DNA of 63,810 bases, filler included, from Octopus bimaculoides (GCF_001194135.2; 5 parts of 4 records of this genome joined end to end with filler, not necessarily neighbours in it), one strand, 5' to 3'; positions 11,800-24,780 are shown, counted from the first letter of the whole stretch. The notes: generated by a model from the sequence alone, not told the origin. Numbers and translations: made by a program.

Positions 11800-12800
11800 C
11801 AACTATGCCATTCGGGGTCAATCTTGAGCAACTGCAACACAACCAAAGCATTCTATAGGGGATTAGTGGAGGGGAGGTACGACGACGATCTCGGAGCGAA
11901 CCTGGGTGTCGACAAGGACCTGCCTGTTCAAGACGACTTTCAGGCCGGGGCCTATGGACAACTTCTAGAGATCCCTGGCCTGGCAGTGCTATCGAGAAGG
12001 GCTACCCATTTGTGATAAGCTCTACAGGCATGGCTCGAGAAACACGGGGCCGACCTACCCAAGATGCGGTCAGTGCAACGAAACCATTCTGCATGCACTC
12101 ATACAGTGTCCAACCATTTCCGACCTATGGGCCTATGTCGAACGACTGCTATCACATGTGGGATGAGTCAGTTTATCAACTGAGTCTATCATGAATATTG
12201 TTGCGCCTCCTTCCTTGAAACTGGAAGGAAGAGCCATTTTCATCGTACTTGTGGCTATGGCGAAAGAATGTGTATGGTGGACATGTCTGAAAGGTCTAGA
12301 GACAAACACTTTCCTCTCTGGTGAATCTCTCATCAACTTCTTCCAGTATCACTTGAAGAGGAAGGTGAGAGTAGAGAGGGAAGTTTTGTCTAGTGAATGT
12401 TTCAAAAAAAGATGGGTGAAAAAGGATGGCACATGTGAATGATGGAGCCACCTTGAGCATAATCCGATGAACCAGAAAAAGAAAGGAAAAAAAGAGTCAC
12501 TTACTGTAATGTGTTTTTTGCCTGACATTATTGCCCAAGGTTACCGTGGTCTTTTCTGTAGGCTTTTCTTTCCATGGATAAACCTAAACTGTTTCCCATT
12601 TTACACTATGACATTTCTGTGATACACAATTCCTACTGATTGGCTTCCTCACCCATTTTTTTTTTCCACGATCCCTTTTGATCAAAATTCTACCCTCCCA
12701 TTTTTTTTTTTCCTTTCCAAAAAGAAAAGCTCTGCTTTGTATTTTGTCCCCTCTGTGTTCAGCCCTGTGTGGCCAATGAAGAAATCTATCTATCTATCTT
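11800..12800 (+). mobile_element. 3' fragment of L1/Tx1-clade LINE (zf-RVT zinc knuckle plus 3' UTR), frameshifted
   Basis: Across frames it reads LAWQCYREGLPICDKLYRHG..PRCGQCNETILHALIQCPTISDLWAYVE and then NIVAPPSL..IVLVAMAKECVWW..FFQYHLKRKVRVER. Lies inside the Merlin gene intron. Confidence 0.75.
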
Positions 12801-13477
12801 TCTTTCTTTCTATCACTGTTTTTACTTTTCTCTCACCAAATACACAAGAAACCTAAACAATTCACAGAGACTATCCACTTCAGTTTCTTCCATTCAATCA
12901 TTTCAGAAAATACTTGAATGATTATTTTCTTACAACTACTTTAAAAAAGAATTTTATTATTGAATAGTCTGTCACGAATGAAGTAATATATACAAGAGGT
13001 ATCCCAATAATGAAAATGTTAAATTCACTAAAAATATTTTATACACAGACATTGTCAAAATATTTTATACACAGACATTGTCAAAATGTTTTGTCCACAG
13101 TAGGATTTTCTACAAACTCTTTTCAGAAAGTATAGATTTTGATTATTTCGGTATTTGATGTGAACACTCTTTTGCAAGGGTTGGAGAGGAGTTTCAAATA
13201 ATTTACATGCCTTGATATTGTTTCCTGTGAAAATGGGTAATTTTCAATGAAATTTTTTCCGATTTTGTTGATTACAATTATATAGGAATTTAATGTGCAA
13301 AAAACAAAAAAATGGTCAGCACACACACACACATCACGTATATACAAAATAAAAGTCAAAATTATGTGATGCATGTGTGCGCTGCAATCACTTTTTGTTA
13401 TCTTGTTGCATTAAATTCCAATATGATCATAATCTATACTATCTGGCAGTTATTAATAGAATATTGACAACAACAAA

Positions 13478-14440
13478 AAAAAAAGGGGGGGCAAAATGGG
13501 TAATTTCTAGTTTTTTTATTTTCTCTCCAGTTATTTGGAATTGTTACATTGCAAGTATTGCATCGTCATTTTGTACTGTTGCATCATCTTTGGGAGTAAA
13601 GACTGGTCACCATAACTGTTGTTGTTATTGAAGTTGCGAGAGTCTGAAACATAGTCAGGTGACAGGACTTTTATTTCTAGAAATATTTCCTCAAATTTGA
13701 CCCAATTGTAATTGAGGCTGCTAATAAAATATCTGAATAATTTTTGCTGTTTAACAATCTATATTCTTTTCTCTGTTGGATTCCAAGTCAATTTTTTTTC
13801 CACACCAATGTCTAATCTGATAATTTTCCAGTTTGAAAAAAATGATGTCGAAAGTGTTGCTAAAATGAGCAATGGTGGTGCCCCAGCATGGCCACAGCAC
13901 ATGAGCTGAAACTAGATAAAATGAAAAAAAAAAAAAAAATGACTAATTTCAATAATTTCTTTCTTTAACTGCATCATGGAGCATAAATATATCAGGAAGA
14001 AAGCCACTCCAGCAGATTGTGAAGAAACAATAAAGAATATTTTATATTGAGTTTTTTTTTTTATTATTTGAGTCATTAATTTCATCTCATGTTATTTTTT
14101 CTTAAACCTCTTTCATTTAATCTAGGTATTTTAGATTTATGTTGCATTTCTGAAGTCTAGAGATGAATATCAATGTGTATAAGTCTGTTTTCATATGCTA
14201 TTCTGGAGAATTAATGCAGCATATTGACCTTATCTAGGTTCACTCATTTTGCCCTAGCTAAATTTGTATTTTATATGTTCAGAGACCAGCGATAATTTTC
14301 TGAAATAGTGGTCAGTTCATGTTATAATGTTTTTAATGCATTTACAGAAGGTCTTTTGCTTAGTTGATATAGTTTTTGTTGGGCAGTGAAAATTAATAAA
14401 AAATATTTTTTAACAGTAAAAACTCCTTATTGTGCCCCAC
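13478..14440. mobile_element. Degenerate pogo/Tc1-like DNA transposon, copy 2, with a SINE-A tail inserted at ~13868-13925
   Basis: Colinear with 7267-9610. The insert ggtgccccagcatggccacagc..ctgaaactagataaaatga is absent from copy 1 and is bracketed by taaaatga repeats. Confidence 0.6.
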
Positions 14441-15259
14441 CCCTACCCGTTTCTCTGAAAGCATTGAAGAAACGAATCCGGGGGCGGGGGCACATGTGTA
14501 GGTATGTTGGGAAGGGCAATGACAGTATCCCAAGCCCGATTTTATTTCCTCATAACTTTCTTGATAATTCACATTTTTCTTTTAAATGCTGCGATACATT
14601 TCTAAGGGAGTTGATGATGACTATGATCATGACATTCTTTTTAATTATCTATTCTTTAACTCAGTAAGAATTTCATAACTTTTAAACAATTCAATAACAT
14701 TTCCAGGGTCATTGCACAACATCAAAGAAATCTATGATGTTATTCTGATAAGGTACTATTCATTATCAAAATGAAATCTGAAATGCTCTTGTTGAATAGT
14801 TAAAAGAGCATGAATTTCTGGTTAATATATAGTTTAACTCCCGATCACCAAAACAGAAAAAAAAAAAGAAACAGGTTAATAGATTTTAAAAAAAAAGTGT
14901 AGAAGACGAATATAAAAACAAAAATTGCGCAAAGGGAAAATTCACAAGATCCGATTTTTCCCTCACAACTTTCAGGTAAACGGATATATATTGATGAAAT
15001 TTTATAGAAATACCGTTCAAATGACAATTTCTTTTATTTCCGAATAAAAGTCCTTTTTTTTTTTTTAATTCTGTCAACATATTCGTTACCTACACCTTCG
15101 AAAATTAAGTCTCTGCAAAATTTCGTTAAATAATATACAGTATTGAGAAATCTATGAAGAAACAAAGCCTACAGCAGAATGAACAACACACTATTGAAAC
15201 GCCAAAAATTCAAATGAGATCGTAATGACAGAGACAAGGAACACAAATATTGATAAAAT

Positions 15260-15320
15260 GTTACCATGGAAACGTATTCAGAATTTAAACAAAAAGCCGA
15301 AGCGGAAGTAAAACGTCAGA
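15260..15320. promoter_or_regulatory. RFX X-box (15260-15273), ETS site (15302-15309) and CRE-like half site
   Basis: GTTACCATGGAAAC fits the 14-bp X-box consensus GYTNYYATRRNAAC. GCGGAAGT and AACGTCA lie within 50 bp in a locally CpG-containing patch. Confidence 0.55.
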
Positions 15321-15404
15321 CGGGAAAATATCGTACTCGAGGTTTAATAATCTGAGGAGGAGCACCGATAAGAGAAGACTACAAACTTTATTTATTCACC
15401 ATAC

Positions 15405-16113
15405 CTGGTAAAATCCATCGGATAATTGCAGCTTCGAAAGCTTCTTTATTTTGATACTCAATAGGCACCAGAAAACATTTATCAGTTCCGCGTTCAATTC
15501 CACCAAAAATCCAAAATTCTTTCTTGTGTTTTTTCTCATTACGCTTAGATTTAACACATTTGGTGACATCTATTTCAACGACTTTTGGTTCACCTGTCTG
15601 TAGATCGAACCCACCAATCTCGGGTGGGTCGTCACCTAATTCAGTCGGGTGGTCTTCCAGGAACCGTTCCAGTAGTTCTCGGATGAGGCGAAACATATCA
15701 GTCGTTGAATTTTTATTGACGTTTGTCTCGTGTGTCATTTCAGTATGTTGGTAATCTCTTGACCACATATACATAAGCCATATGAATGTTGTGAGCGAGA
15801 GGTGACTTTTCTCAAAGAAGGATCCTTTGCGGATTGATCGTGAGAAGTTATGCTGGGGACATCGCCATCGTATTCCATCAATACTTCTCTTGATGACGTT
15901 AATTGTACAAGGGTTCCCACAAACAGAACATATAACAGAATTGCTTATAAGTTTATATTTCGCCAACCATGTAATTGCTATATCATTTGTGGAGATTTGT
16001 TTGAAGAGGTCATAAAATGTCCATGACTCTTGCCTAATTTTTTCGTCATCAACAATGTCTGCGCATATAGTCTTGGGGTTTGAAGGTCTTCCGCGAGGCA
16101 TTTTGTAAGACAT
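15405..16113 (-). CDS. Exon 1 of Merlin/IS1595-like transposase-derived gene
   Basis: Open 236 codons with zinc-ribbon CSVCG..WRCPQH, SIRKGSFFEKSHLSL and VEIDVTK..WIFGGIERGTDKCFLVP..IIRWILPG. Donor CCA G|gtatgg, phase 1, matches exon 2. Likely start is ATG 16113 or the caaaATG at 16101. Confidence 0.9.
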
Positions 16114-16744
16114 TCAAAAATTAAAATAAATTTAAAGCAGAACTTTATATGAAACAAATACCCAGAAAGTGATAGTTCCGTATAAATTCTACTGCATTAT
16201 GAAGAAAGCAAATGTTATAATAAAATGTAAATAAATTTTAAAATTAGTATTGGAATCTACTTAAAGAGTCCTTGCTTTTATGGGTTGATAAAAATTATTA
16301 GCAATTTCTTGCAATTTACTTCCTGTTATGAGTTCCCTACAGAAAGTTGATATAATGTCAGTTCCTTTAACTTCAGTTGAGTCTTAATTGTGGAATAACT
16401 AATAACTCTGGGCATTAATTTTCTGTAATTAAGTATTAACAATTAAATTTTTAAATATTAGAATATCAATTCTAAGATTCCGTTTTACTTAGTAACGGTG
16501 GAGTTGCTACTCAAGCTTGTAGCGAATATATAACAACAATATAACAAGGGAGATAACTCGTCATAAAGGGAAGTAAGTCACACCGATATATATGTACACA
16601 CACATGACTTATTGCTTACGTCTACAAAATCCACTCGAGTCTATGGTCTGCCCGGAACTATAGTGGAAGATACTTGCAGAAGGTGCAGCTCAGTGGACCA
16701 AACAAAAAAACCACAAGGTTGGGAAGCAAGCTTCTTATCACACG

Positions 16745-16961
16745 TGTAACTCAGTCACGACTCATGGCTCGCCACTTCATCTTTCGTGGATATCCCCTTA
16801 CCACTATCCACACCGTCCTTGCCAGAGCACGTTCCATGGAGCGTGCCGCTGCTCTCTCTCCCCGCGGTTACCCGTCTCGGCAAGTCTCCCGCCCCCTCCC
16901 CCCAACAACCTTTAAAAAAATTTTTTTTCGTCACAAACCCCACTTTTGGGCTACGGGGAAT
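16745..16961 (+). mobile_element. Penelope-like element fragment
   Basis: SRLMARHFIFRGYPLTTIHTVLARARSMERAAALSP resembles the post-RT 'HF..RGYP..I..A..RA...R..L' segment of Penelope elements. Confidence 0.6.
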
Positions 16962-17061
16962 NNNNNNNNNNNNNNNNNNNNNNNNNNNNNNNNNNNNNNN
17001 NNNNNTTAATTAATTAANNNNNNNNNNNNNNNNNNNNNNNNNNNNNNNNNNNNNNNNNNNN

Positions 17062-17365
17062 TGTGAGTGTTTATTGAGCGAAAACACCTAAAGCTCCACG
17101 AGGCTCTTGCAGGGGATGGTGGCGAACCCTGCTGTACTCTTTCACCACAACTTTCTCTCACTCTTACTTCCTGTTTCTGTTGTGCCTGTAATTCAAAGTG
17201 TCAGCCTTGTCACATTGTGTCACGCTGAATGTCCCCGAGAACTACGTTAAGAGTACACGTGTCTGTGGAGTGCTCAGCCACTTGCACGTTAATTTCACGA
17301 GCAGGCTGTTCCGTTGATCGGATCAACTGGAACCCTCGACGTCGTAAGTGACGGAGTGCCAACAA
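17062..17365 (+). mobile_element. SINE-like interspersed repeat (family C)
   Basis: Recognisable body ending ccacttgcacgttaatttcacgagcaggctgttccgttgatcggatcaactggaaccctcg, followed by a simple-repeat tail. Confidence 0.55.
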
Positions 17366-17786
17366 TATATATGCGTATACATACATATTTATATACACAT
17401 ACATATGCATTCATATATGCATATATAAATCTATATATAGATATACACACACATAGACATGCTCCCACTTGTATACTCACGCATAGATTTTAAATGTTAT
17501 TTTCCAAAACTATATAGACAAGTGTCAATCGATGTAAAGTCTGTTCAAATTCACCTGCGTTTACATAAGTCTACCGACACACAAAATGCCTTTCTTCTCT
17601 CCTCTAATAATAACCAATTATTATAATTTTAAAATACAACACCTGCTCTAATGGTAATTATTATAACAAATAGATAAATTGCAATGAATCTTTATATGAA
17701 TAAACACTCAAAAACCTGCTCCGTTGTGTAAGTGACGGAAGAGAAAATAACAAAATACTCTCTTCCTCTCTCCCTCCACACACACA

Positions 17787-17830
<44 letters not shown>

Positions 17831-17870
17831 TACATACATACATACATACATACATACATACATACATACA

Positions 17871-18300
17871 TCTGTCAAGTGTAAGCATAACAGTCTGGAT
17901 ATTATTGTCATAGACGTCAATTGTTTTGCTGATGTGAATATCTCTTTAAAAATCAAAGAGGAAGAAGATAACTATGGACAGCTATTTCGAAAGCTCCAGT
18001 TTCTATATCCGGATTGCAAATTTACATTTATACCAATAATAATTGGATCACTTGGTTTTGTAAGTGCCTAACTGTCAGTCTGGATAAGCTTGGATTTTCA
18101 GGAAAAGAAATCACCCAGGTGATTCACACACTACAAATACAATCTGTAAGCGGAACCGTAAAACTATGTAAGACTTTTCTCAGCTATAAAATGTGACGTT
18201 GTTTTCGTTATCTACATTCCAAAGATGGAGCTTTGTATCTTACTTAGAAACCAGCTCCTTCTTTAGAGGAAGAATTTAAATTATCAAAAATAGAAGTTAC
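17871..18300 (+). mobile_element. 3' fragment of R4/Dong-like (RLE) LINE, subfamily A
   Basis: Decayed ..QFLYPDCKFTFIPIIIGSLG.. endonuclease C-terminus. High similarity to 32750-33165. Confidence 0.75.
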
Positions 18301-18779
18301 ATCCATCCATCCATCCATCCATGCATACATGCATACATACATACATACATACGCGCACACATATATCGTATTGTTTTTAGTGTTCGTAAACCTTGTGAGA
18401 CCATGGATCCGCACCTGGAAAGTTTTGCTTCAATTTGCGTTGGCAAAGCACGTTAAGATGTCCTCCCCAAGGCACAGACCTATGCAAGGTTATATGGACA
18501 ACCACTTACAGAAAGCGGTTTAGGCCAAGGTGGATACGATTTGTTACCAGTCTCCTCGAGTTAATTACTGAGCGATGACGAAGTAAACGTCGTTCTATAA
18601 TTAGAGTTGATTAAACTGACCGACGACTTGTGTACTCAATGCTGATATATCTTAACTACATAGGAAGGATAAAATGCAAATATGATCAGGATTTGGATGC
18701 AGAAATTCGGGTGGCGTGAATAAATTCTACGAGGCATTTTCTTTTTGGTGGTTTATCTAATTTCCAATTCCTCCCTTCT

Positions 18780-18802
18780 CACTCTCACTCTCTCTCTTTC
18801 CT

Positions 18803-18886
<84 letters not shown>

Positions 18887-18895
18887 TCTCTCTGT
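18780..18895. repeat. (CT)n microsatellite
   Basis: Direct reading. Confidence 0.9.
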
Positions 18896-19081
18896 ATACG
18901 TACATACATATACATCGGGCCGACAATGGCTTAAGCTGGCCGAAACTTCGAAATCACTGTCAACAACATTCTTGTTTAAGAATAATGAATTTTTACTCTA
19001 CAAAAGTATCGAGTAATCCATCAGATTAATGTAAAATTGTTTTTATTATAACTGATCAAAAAACCAAACATTAACTGACAG

Positions 19082-19157
19082 AGACAGACAGAGACAGACA
19101 ACAGACAGACAGATAGATAAAAAGATAGCTAGCTAGCTAGCTAGCTAGCTAGCTAGC

Positions 19158-19217
<60 letters not shown>

Positions 19218-19275
19218 CACATACATACATACATACATACATACATACATACATACATACATACATACATACATA
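19082..19275. repeat. Compound tetranucleotide array (GACA/TAGC/GATA/CATA)
   Basis: Direct reading. Confidence 0.9.
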
Positions 19276-19630
19276 AGCGCATGTGTGGTAAGTAGCTTGC
19301 TAACCAACCACATAGTTCTGGGTTCAGTCTTCTACTATAGCCTCGGGCCGACCAAAGCCTTGTGAGTGGATTTGGTAGACAGAAACTGAAAGAAGCCCGA
19401 CGTATATATATATATGTGTGTGTTTGTGTGTCCGTGTTTGTCCCCCACCATCGCTTGACGACCGATGCTGGCGTGTTTACATCCTCGTAACTTAGCGGTT
19501 CGGCAAAAAGCCCGATAGAATAAGTACTAGGCTTACAAAGAATAAGTACTGGGGTCGATTTGCTCGACTGAAGGCGGTGCTCCAGCATGGCCGCAGTTAA
19601 ATGACTGAAACAAGTAAAAAATAAAAGAAT
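19276..19630 (+). mobile_element. tRNA-derived SINE family A, near full length
   Basis: tRNA-like head (gtgtggtaagtagcttgct..gggttcagtc), internal microsatellite, tail ggtgctccagcatggccgcagttaaatgactgaaacaagtaaaa. Confidence 0.85.
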
Positions 19631-19634
19631 ATAC

Positions 19635-19688
<54 letters not shown>

Positions 19689-20127
19689 NNNNNNNNNNNN
19701 NNNNTGTGTGTGTGTGTGTGTGTGTATATATATGTATATATATTGGCGTTGTCCAAGCTACATTTTAATGTAGCTTTAAATGATTAAGAATTGTTTTTAA
19801 TGAATGCATATTGTGTTTGGAGGATCACTGTTAGATCATTCATGTAAAGAGATTTCTCGTTTTAGCAATGGAAAGGTTCTTAAGACATTTATAATTCTCT
19901 GAAACCCACAGCACTGTGCTATAGATACGTGTTCGTTATGATTTAATCGTGTTCGTAATTTAATCGTGCAAGCGATATATAGTTATTTCATTCGTATGAA
20001 CTAAAAATTCAAAATTAAATGAAAACGAAAATAGTCAATTTTATTGAAAATATAATTGGACATGATATTTAATTTGTTATCTGTTATTATTTGTATTCTT
20101 TATTTCCACTCCACCTTAATCTTTTAC

Positions 20128-20545
<418 letters not shown>

Positions 20546-20779
20546 CTATAAAGCCTCTCCTAAAATAATTTTAAAAATTAGTGGAAATAAAACTACGCTT
20601 AAAACATATCGAATCGCAAATTCCACGAAGAAACTCAAACATCGAAACATTAGAACTGGCCAAGAGCAATGTCCGCAGCAATAAAGAAATTATATGAAGT
20701 TTCATGAAACATGGTTGATGTATATAATTTTTACTCCGTTGAATTAACGTCGCGATGAGCCCCAGCTCGTAGATATATG

Positions 20780-21520
20780 CATACCTAACACAACCTTAAA
20801 ACTTCTAAACACTGTCTTGACAATATCTCAGAAGAGACGATTATTTTGATTTTATGAACAGGGGTTCAAATTATGAGATTCTTTTGTGGAGTGGGCTTCC
20901 AATTCTTGAATATTTTGCATAAAATTGTCCATGAGCAAAGCAAGATTACTGAAGTTGCAGTCCAGTAACTTATAATGCATGTTCTTAAGATTTACTGATG
21001 AATATGTCAAAGCTTAGACATATTAGTTACTGAAATCTTCAAAAGTTCACATCTTACGGTATGAGTGGAATCCATGTATAATTGCATTTTCTCCCTTATC
21101 TCACTCATTAAGAATAGTAACTTTGATGACAAAAGACTTCTTAACCTATAGTTTAATACCTTTTTAAAGGTTGGCACGAATCCCTTCTCTCTGATTATAT
21201 TGGTTCAGAAATGGCCGTTTGGAAAGCAGAGTTGTATTTTTGATGTTCTACAAAAATGTCTAGACTTCTCAGTTTTGGTAGTAAGTTGCCTTAGTGATTT
21301 TGGTAAGTCCATAAACCTGGTAGATTAACTTTTCCGTCGGAACAGAAAATTCTCATTTCGCACCGCATTTTTTTATGTTCAGGATTGAATTTGAAGACAA
21401 CCAGAGGCCAAAGTTTAGCTTCTCTTTATCTTACTTTTGAGATTTCTGCTTGACCGAGCTCTGTTGTGGATTTCTATGGTGTCTACGTGCAACCTGTCAA
21501 CATTTATTCAGGGCTTTTCT
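20780..21520 (-). mobile_element. Internally deleted Helitron remnant
   Basis: The minus strand gives decayed Rep N-terminal text (CGAK..DGKVNLP..SRHF..KYNSAFQ..GFVPTFK) followed by the PIF1 helicase end (VTGLQL..CFAHGQFYAKYSRIGSP). Confidence 0.6.
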
Positions 21521-23004
21521 AGTTGTCTACTCGCATCCTATTTCATAGCATTCTGTTCAAGGCCAGTCTCACATTTACTATGACTTAAGTTTTCTGACAA
21601 ATACACTTTTGACAGTATTAGTCTGAAGCTTTGTTACCACTGCTTATCTGTTTCCATCACTTCAGAGTACGTGGGAACATGACAGCAGAGGACGTTGTAA
21701 ATGTGGACAATTTTCCGTATTATTTTCAATGGAAACAGAAAATGTAAGCTCAATAGAATATAGAGAAAAGTGATTTTAAATAGAAATGCAGTCGCAAGTT
21801 TAAAGAAGAAGCAAAAGATTTTCAAATGAGAGCACCGAGTGTTTTACTAGACTGAAAATAGATATGAAAATATAAAAAGTGAAGTTGATAAGGTAAACGA
21901 AAGAAACAGCTGAAGATGGAAGGATATAAAGAGACAATTGTAATAAATAAACAGCATTATATATTTAAATAGATGTAGAAAAATAACTAAATAATCAGCC
22001 GATAATTCTTTGCCAATCCTTATCTGTCTGAAAGAAAGGTTTTTAAAAAGAGCACTTCCATCAAGTTTAAAGTTGACTCCAACTCAGATTCCCTGGTTGT
22101 TCATACCATGCGTATGGGCACGAGAGAAGGAACACCTTTTCTCTCCTCTTCTCCCTTGCACCTGCTATTTTTTAAATAAGAATTTTTCTTATAAAAGCGG
22201 CACGCACCCCTTGTAAGCTGTAAGGCGGATCAACAGATTGTTCACAAAAAGTTGCCTATGGGATCTGTTTACAACTAGCCAGATGCAACCGAGAGGGGGT
22301 TGAACATACATTCACAAGGATGAAAAATTTTGCGGCTACTTTTAGCTGGCCAAAGGGATAACTTGAAGCTAACCTATTAACTCGTGTGCTATTATTTTCC
22401 CCCAGGTAAGTCATGATCAAAAAGATTAATATTTAAAGGCGTGCCATCCATGACAATGTTGTTGAAAGAAATGGAGAGGAATGTAAAAAGGATGGTGCGA
22501 TAGTAGCTTATAGTTTTATAAAAGACTAATAAATATTATAGTGTTAAGGAGGGGTGGTAAGAGATGTTCGATGCCTGAAGGTGGAGTAGTGTACATTGAC
22601 GTATTTGACAAGGCAGTGAGAGATAGAAAAATAAGAAAATAACTTAATATCATCAAGTGAGAGCAACTGCAAAGCAGAGGAGGGGGGGGAATAGAAGCGG
22701 AGAGGTGAAAAACTGGTTGCTAAGTTGTTAGAGAGACAGAATAAAACAGAGAAAGAGTAAGATAAAAGAAAGGGAGAGAGCGCAGTAGGTGGGAGGTAAG
22801 AAGATTTAAAGAGCAAAAAAGGGACAGGAAAGAACAATGAGAAATAGAATTAGTAATGAAAAGAGAGAGATCTGGGAAGACTGGAAGGCGAACAGCAAGA
22901 AAAGAGGATATACCAGCAGTTGATAGTGAGAAAGCTAGAGAAAATAGAATATTAAGATTGGGATAAAGAGAAAAAGAGACGGGTAAGGAGACAAAGGAAA
23001 ATCA

Positions 23005-23044
<40 letters not shown>

Positions 23045-24274
23045 GGAAAGTAAAGAAAGGAAGTAAACGGAGTTAATAGTATTAGAATAGCAAGAACGAC
23101 GATGGCTGGAGAAATAGAGATCTTTGATAGGTTAACATGGTCGGAGCAATGCTTGCCAAATCAGAAACCTTTACACTGATCCATAAAGTGTATGCTATAA
23201 ATTCCTAAGTATTAAAATATGTCATATAAAGGGTCTCTGAGCAATGACCGTGTGATAAAAAGAGTATTGTCCTAAAATGATTCTCAACATAATATTCCAC
23301 TATATATTTGCAGTATCAATACTGATTGTGATATTTGAGATATTTCTCCCCTTTGTTATTCAAAACCACAAGCTCTTAACATCAAATAGAATCAGCTGAT
23401 TCCATCTTAAGAGAAAATGGGAGAAGAGAGTTAAGGTTAGTTCAAAGAGTTTTTACATATTGTATGGTGTCATTCAACATCTGATAAATAATAAGTGCTC
23501 AAAGACAGTAGATCTTGCGTGTTGGTTGTAAAGCACTCGGTTTTTGATGACATCCTCTGCAATTCAACAAGACCAAGGGAAAAAATAAACTCTGCATACC
23601 TAACATAAATATATACATGGGTATGTCTCGCGAAACTTTAAAAATGATCCTAATGTTTGCAGGAAACACATCTATTGGAATAGCGACCGTTACAGCTCGT
23701 CACATTTTGAAGGTTATGACTTTGAAATCCAACAGCGAGGGATTACTAGAACATACTTGCTGAAAAAAAAAACAGAAAGTAAAGCAAAAGATATAATCAA
23801 TAATATCCATTATTTTGCATATCTGAGGAAAATTATATGTGATCAGCAGCTGTTCAAACATGTATTTATGGTATTACTTTACCTACATACCTATCCGCTG
23901 TGACTTTGTTGCTAAAATATTATTGAATGCCTACTGCGGGAAATATTCTCTCAAACTTTCTCTATTTGTGCGCGCGCGCGTGGATTGCTTGAAGTGGTGT
24001 ACAAATTTTATGTATATTAAGAAAAATAAGATTGTCAGGATTTGGATAAAAAAAATATTTAACGCTGTCGTCCCTCTCAGGGATTCAACAGGAATTATTT
24101 CTTATAAAAAATTCATGCTTATTATATATGAATTAGTTGGAAAAAGAAACAAAAATTCAACGCACTCAAGTAACTCCAACATATTTTAAAGGTATGAATT
24201 TTCTATTAGTAATCATTTCTATTAGTAATCCCTGAAAGGGACGAAAGAAATATCCAAATCCCACTTTCTTTTTC

Positions 24275-24311
<37 letters not shown>

Positions 24312-24688
24312 TTAGGGAATAAAATTTTATTATCTTGATCTTATGATATTTACTTTGTATTATATTATACTTATTTATTGTACTTTTAATTATGAGTTTT
24401 TTCTATATGTGACAGTGGATTTTCATCGATGAGTTCATAAACCTTGGTTCTTTTCCGTAATACTATATATTTATATATATTTTATACTGTGAAACTTATT
24501 TTAATTTTTAATAAATTGATTTTAATTGAGTTTTTACCTGTAATTTTGGATTTTATCCCTAATATTATATATATATATTATTTCGTTTTTGTACTTAGTT
24601 TGCAAGATACTTTTTGTAAATTCGTATGTTGAAACAAATTTTGTTGTCTAGAGAGAGTCATTACAATAATATTAATAACACACGCACT

Positions 24689-24780
24689 ACTCCTTTATTA
24701 TTAGTCAATTGGTTTAATATCCAACTTACAATCGGTTAGTTAGTTGGATGTTTAACCAACTGACAAATAATAAAGGGAGT
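24689..24780. repeat. Imperfect hairpin, ~38-bp stem and 15-nt loop
   Basis: 24689-24726 pairs with 24742-24780: three mismatches, one G-U pair, one bulge. Confidence 0.8.

Noticed and set aside
14600-14830. Small plus- and minus-strand exon candidates near the X-box
   Set aside because: Short frames with incompatible phases or implausibly short introns.
16962-17061. TTAATTAATTAA between N runs (also 35411-35510, 53205-53304, 61385-61484)
   Set aside because: Identical 100-bp blocks with all-frame stops are scaffolding spacers, not biology.
21830-23050. Possible Penelope/GIY-YIG remnant (similar weak signal at 57200-59050)
   Set aside because: Only vague resemblance; no motif could be read confidently.
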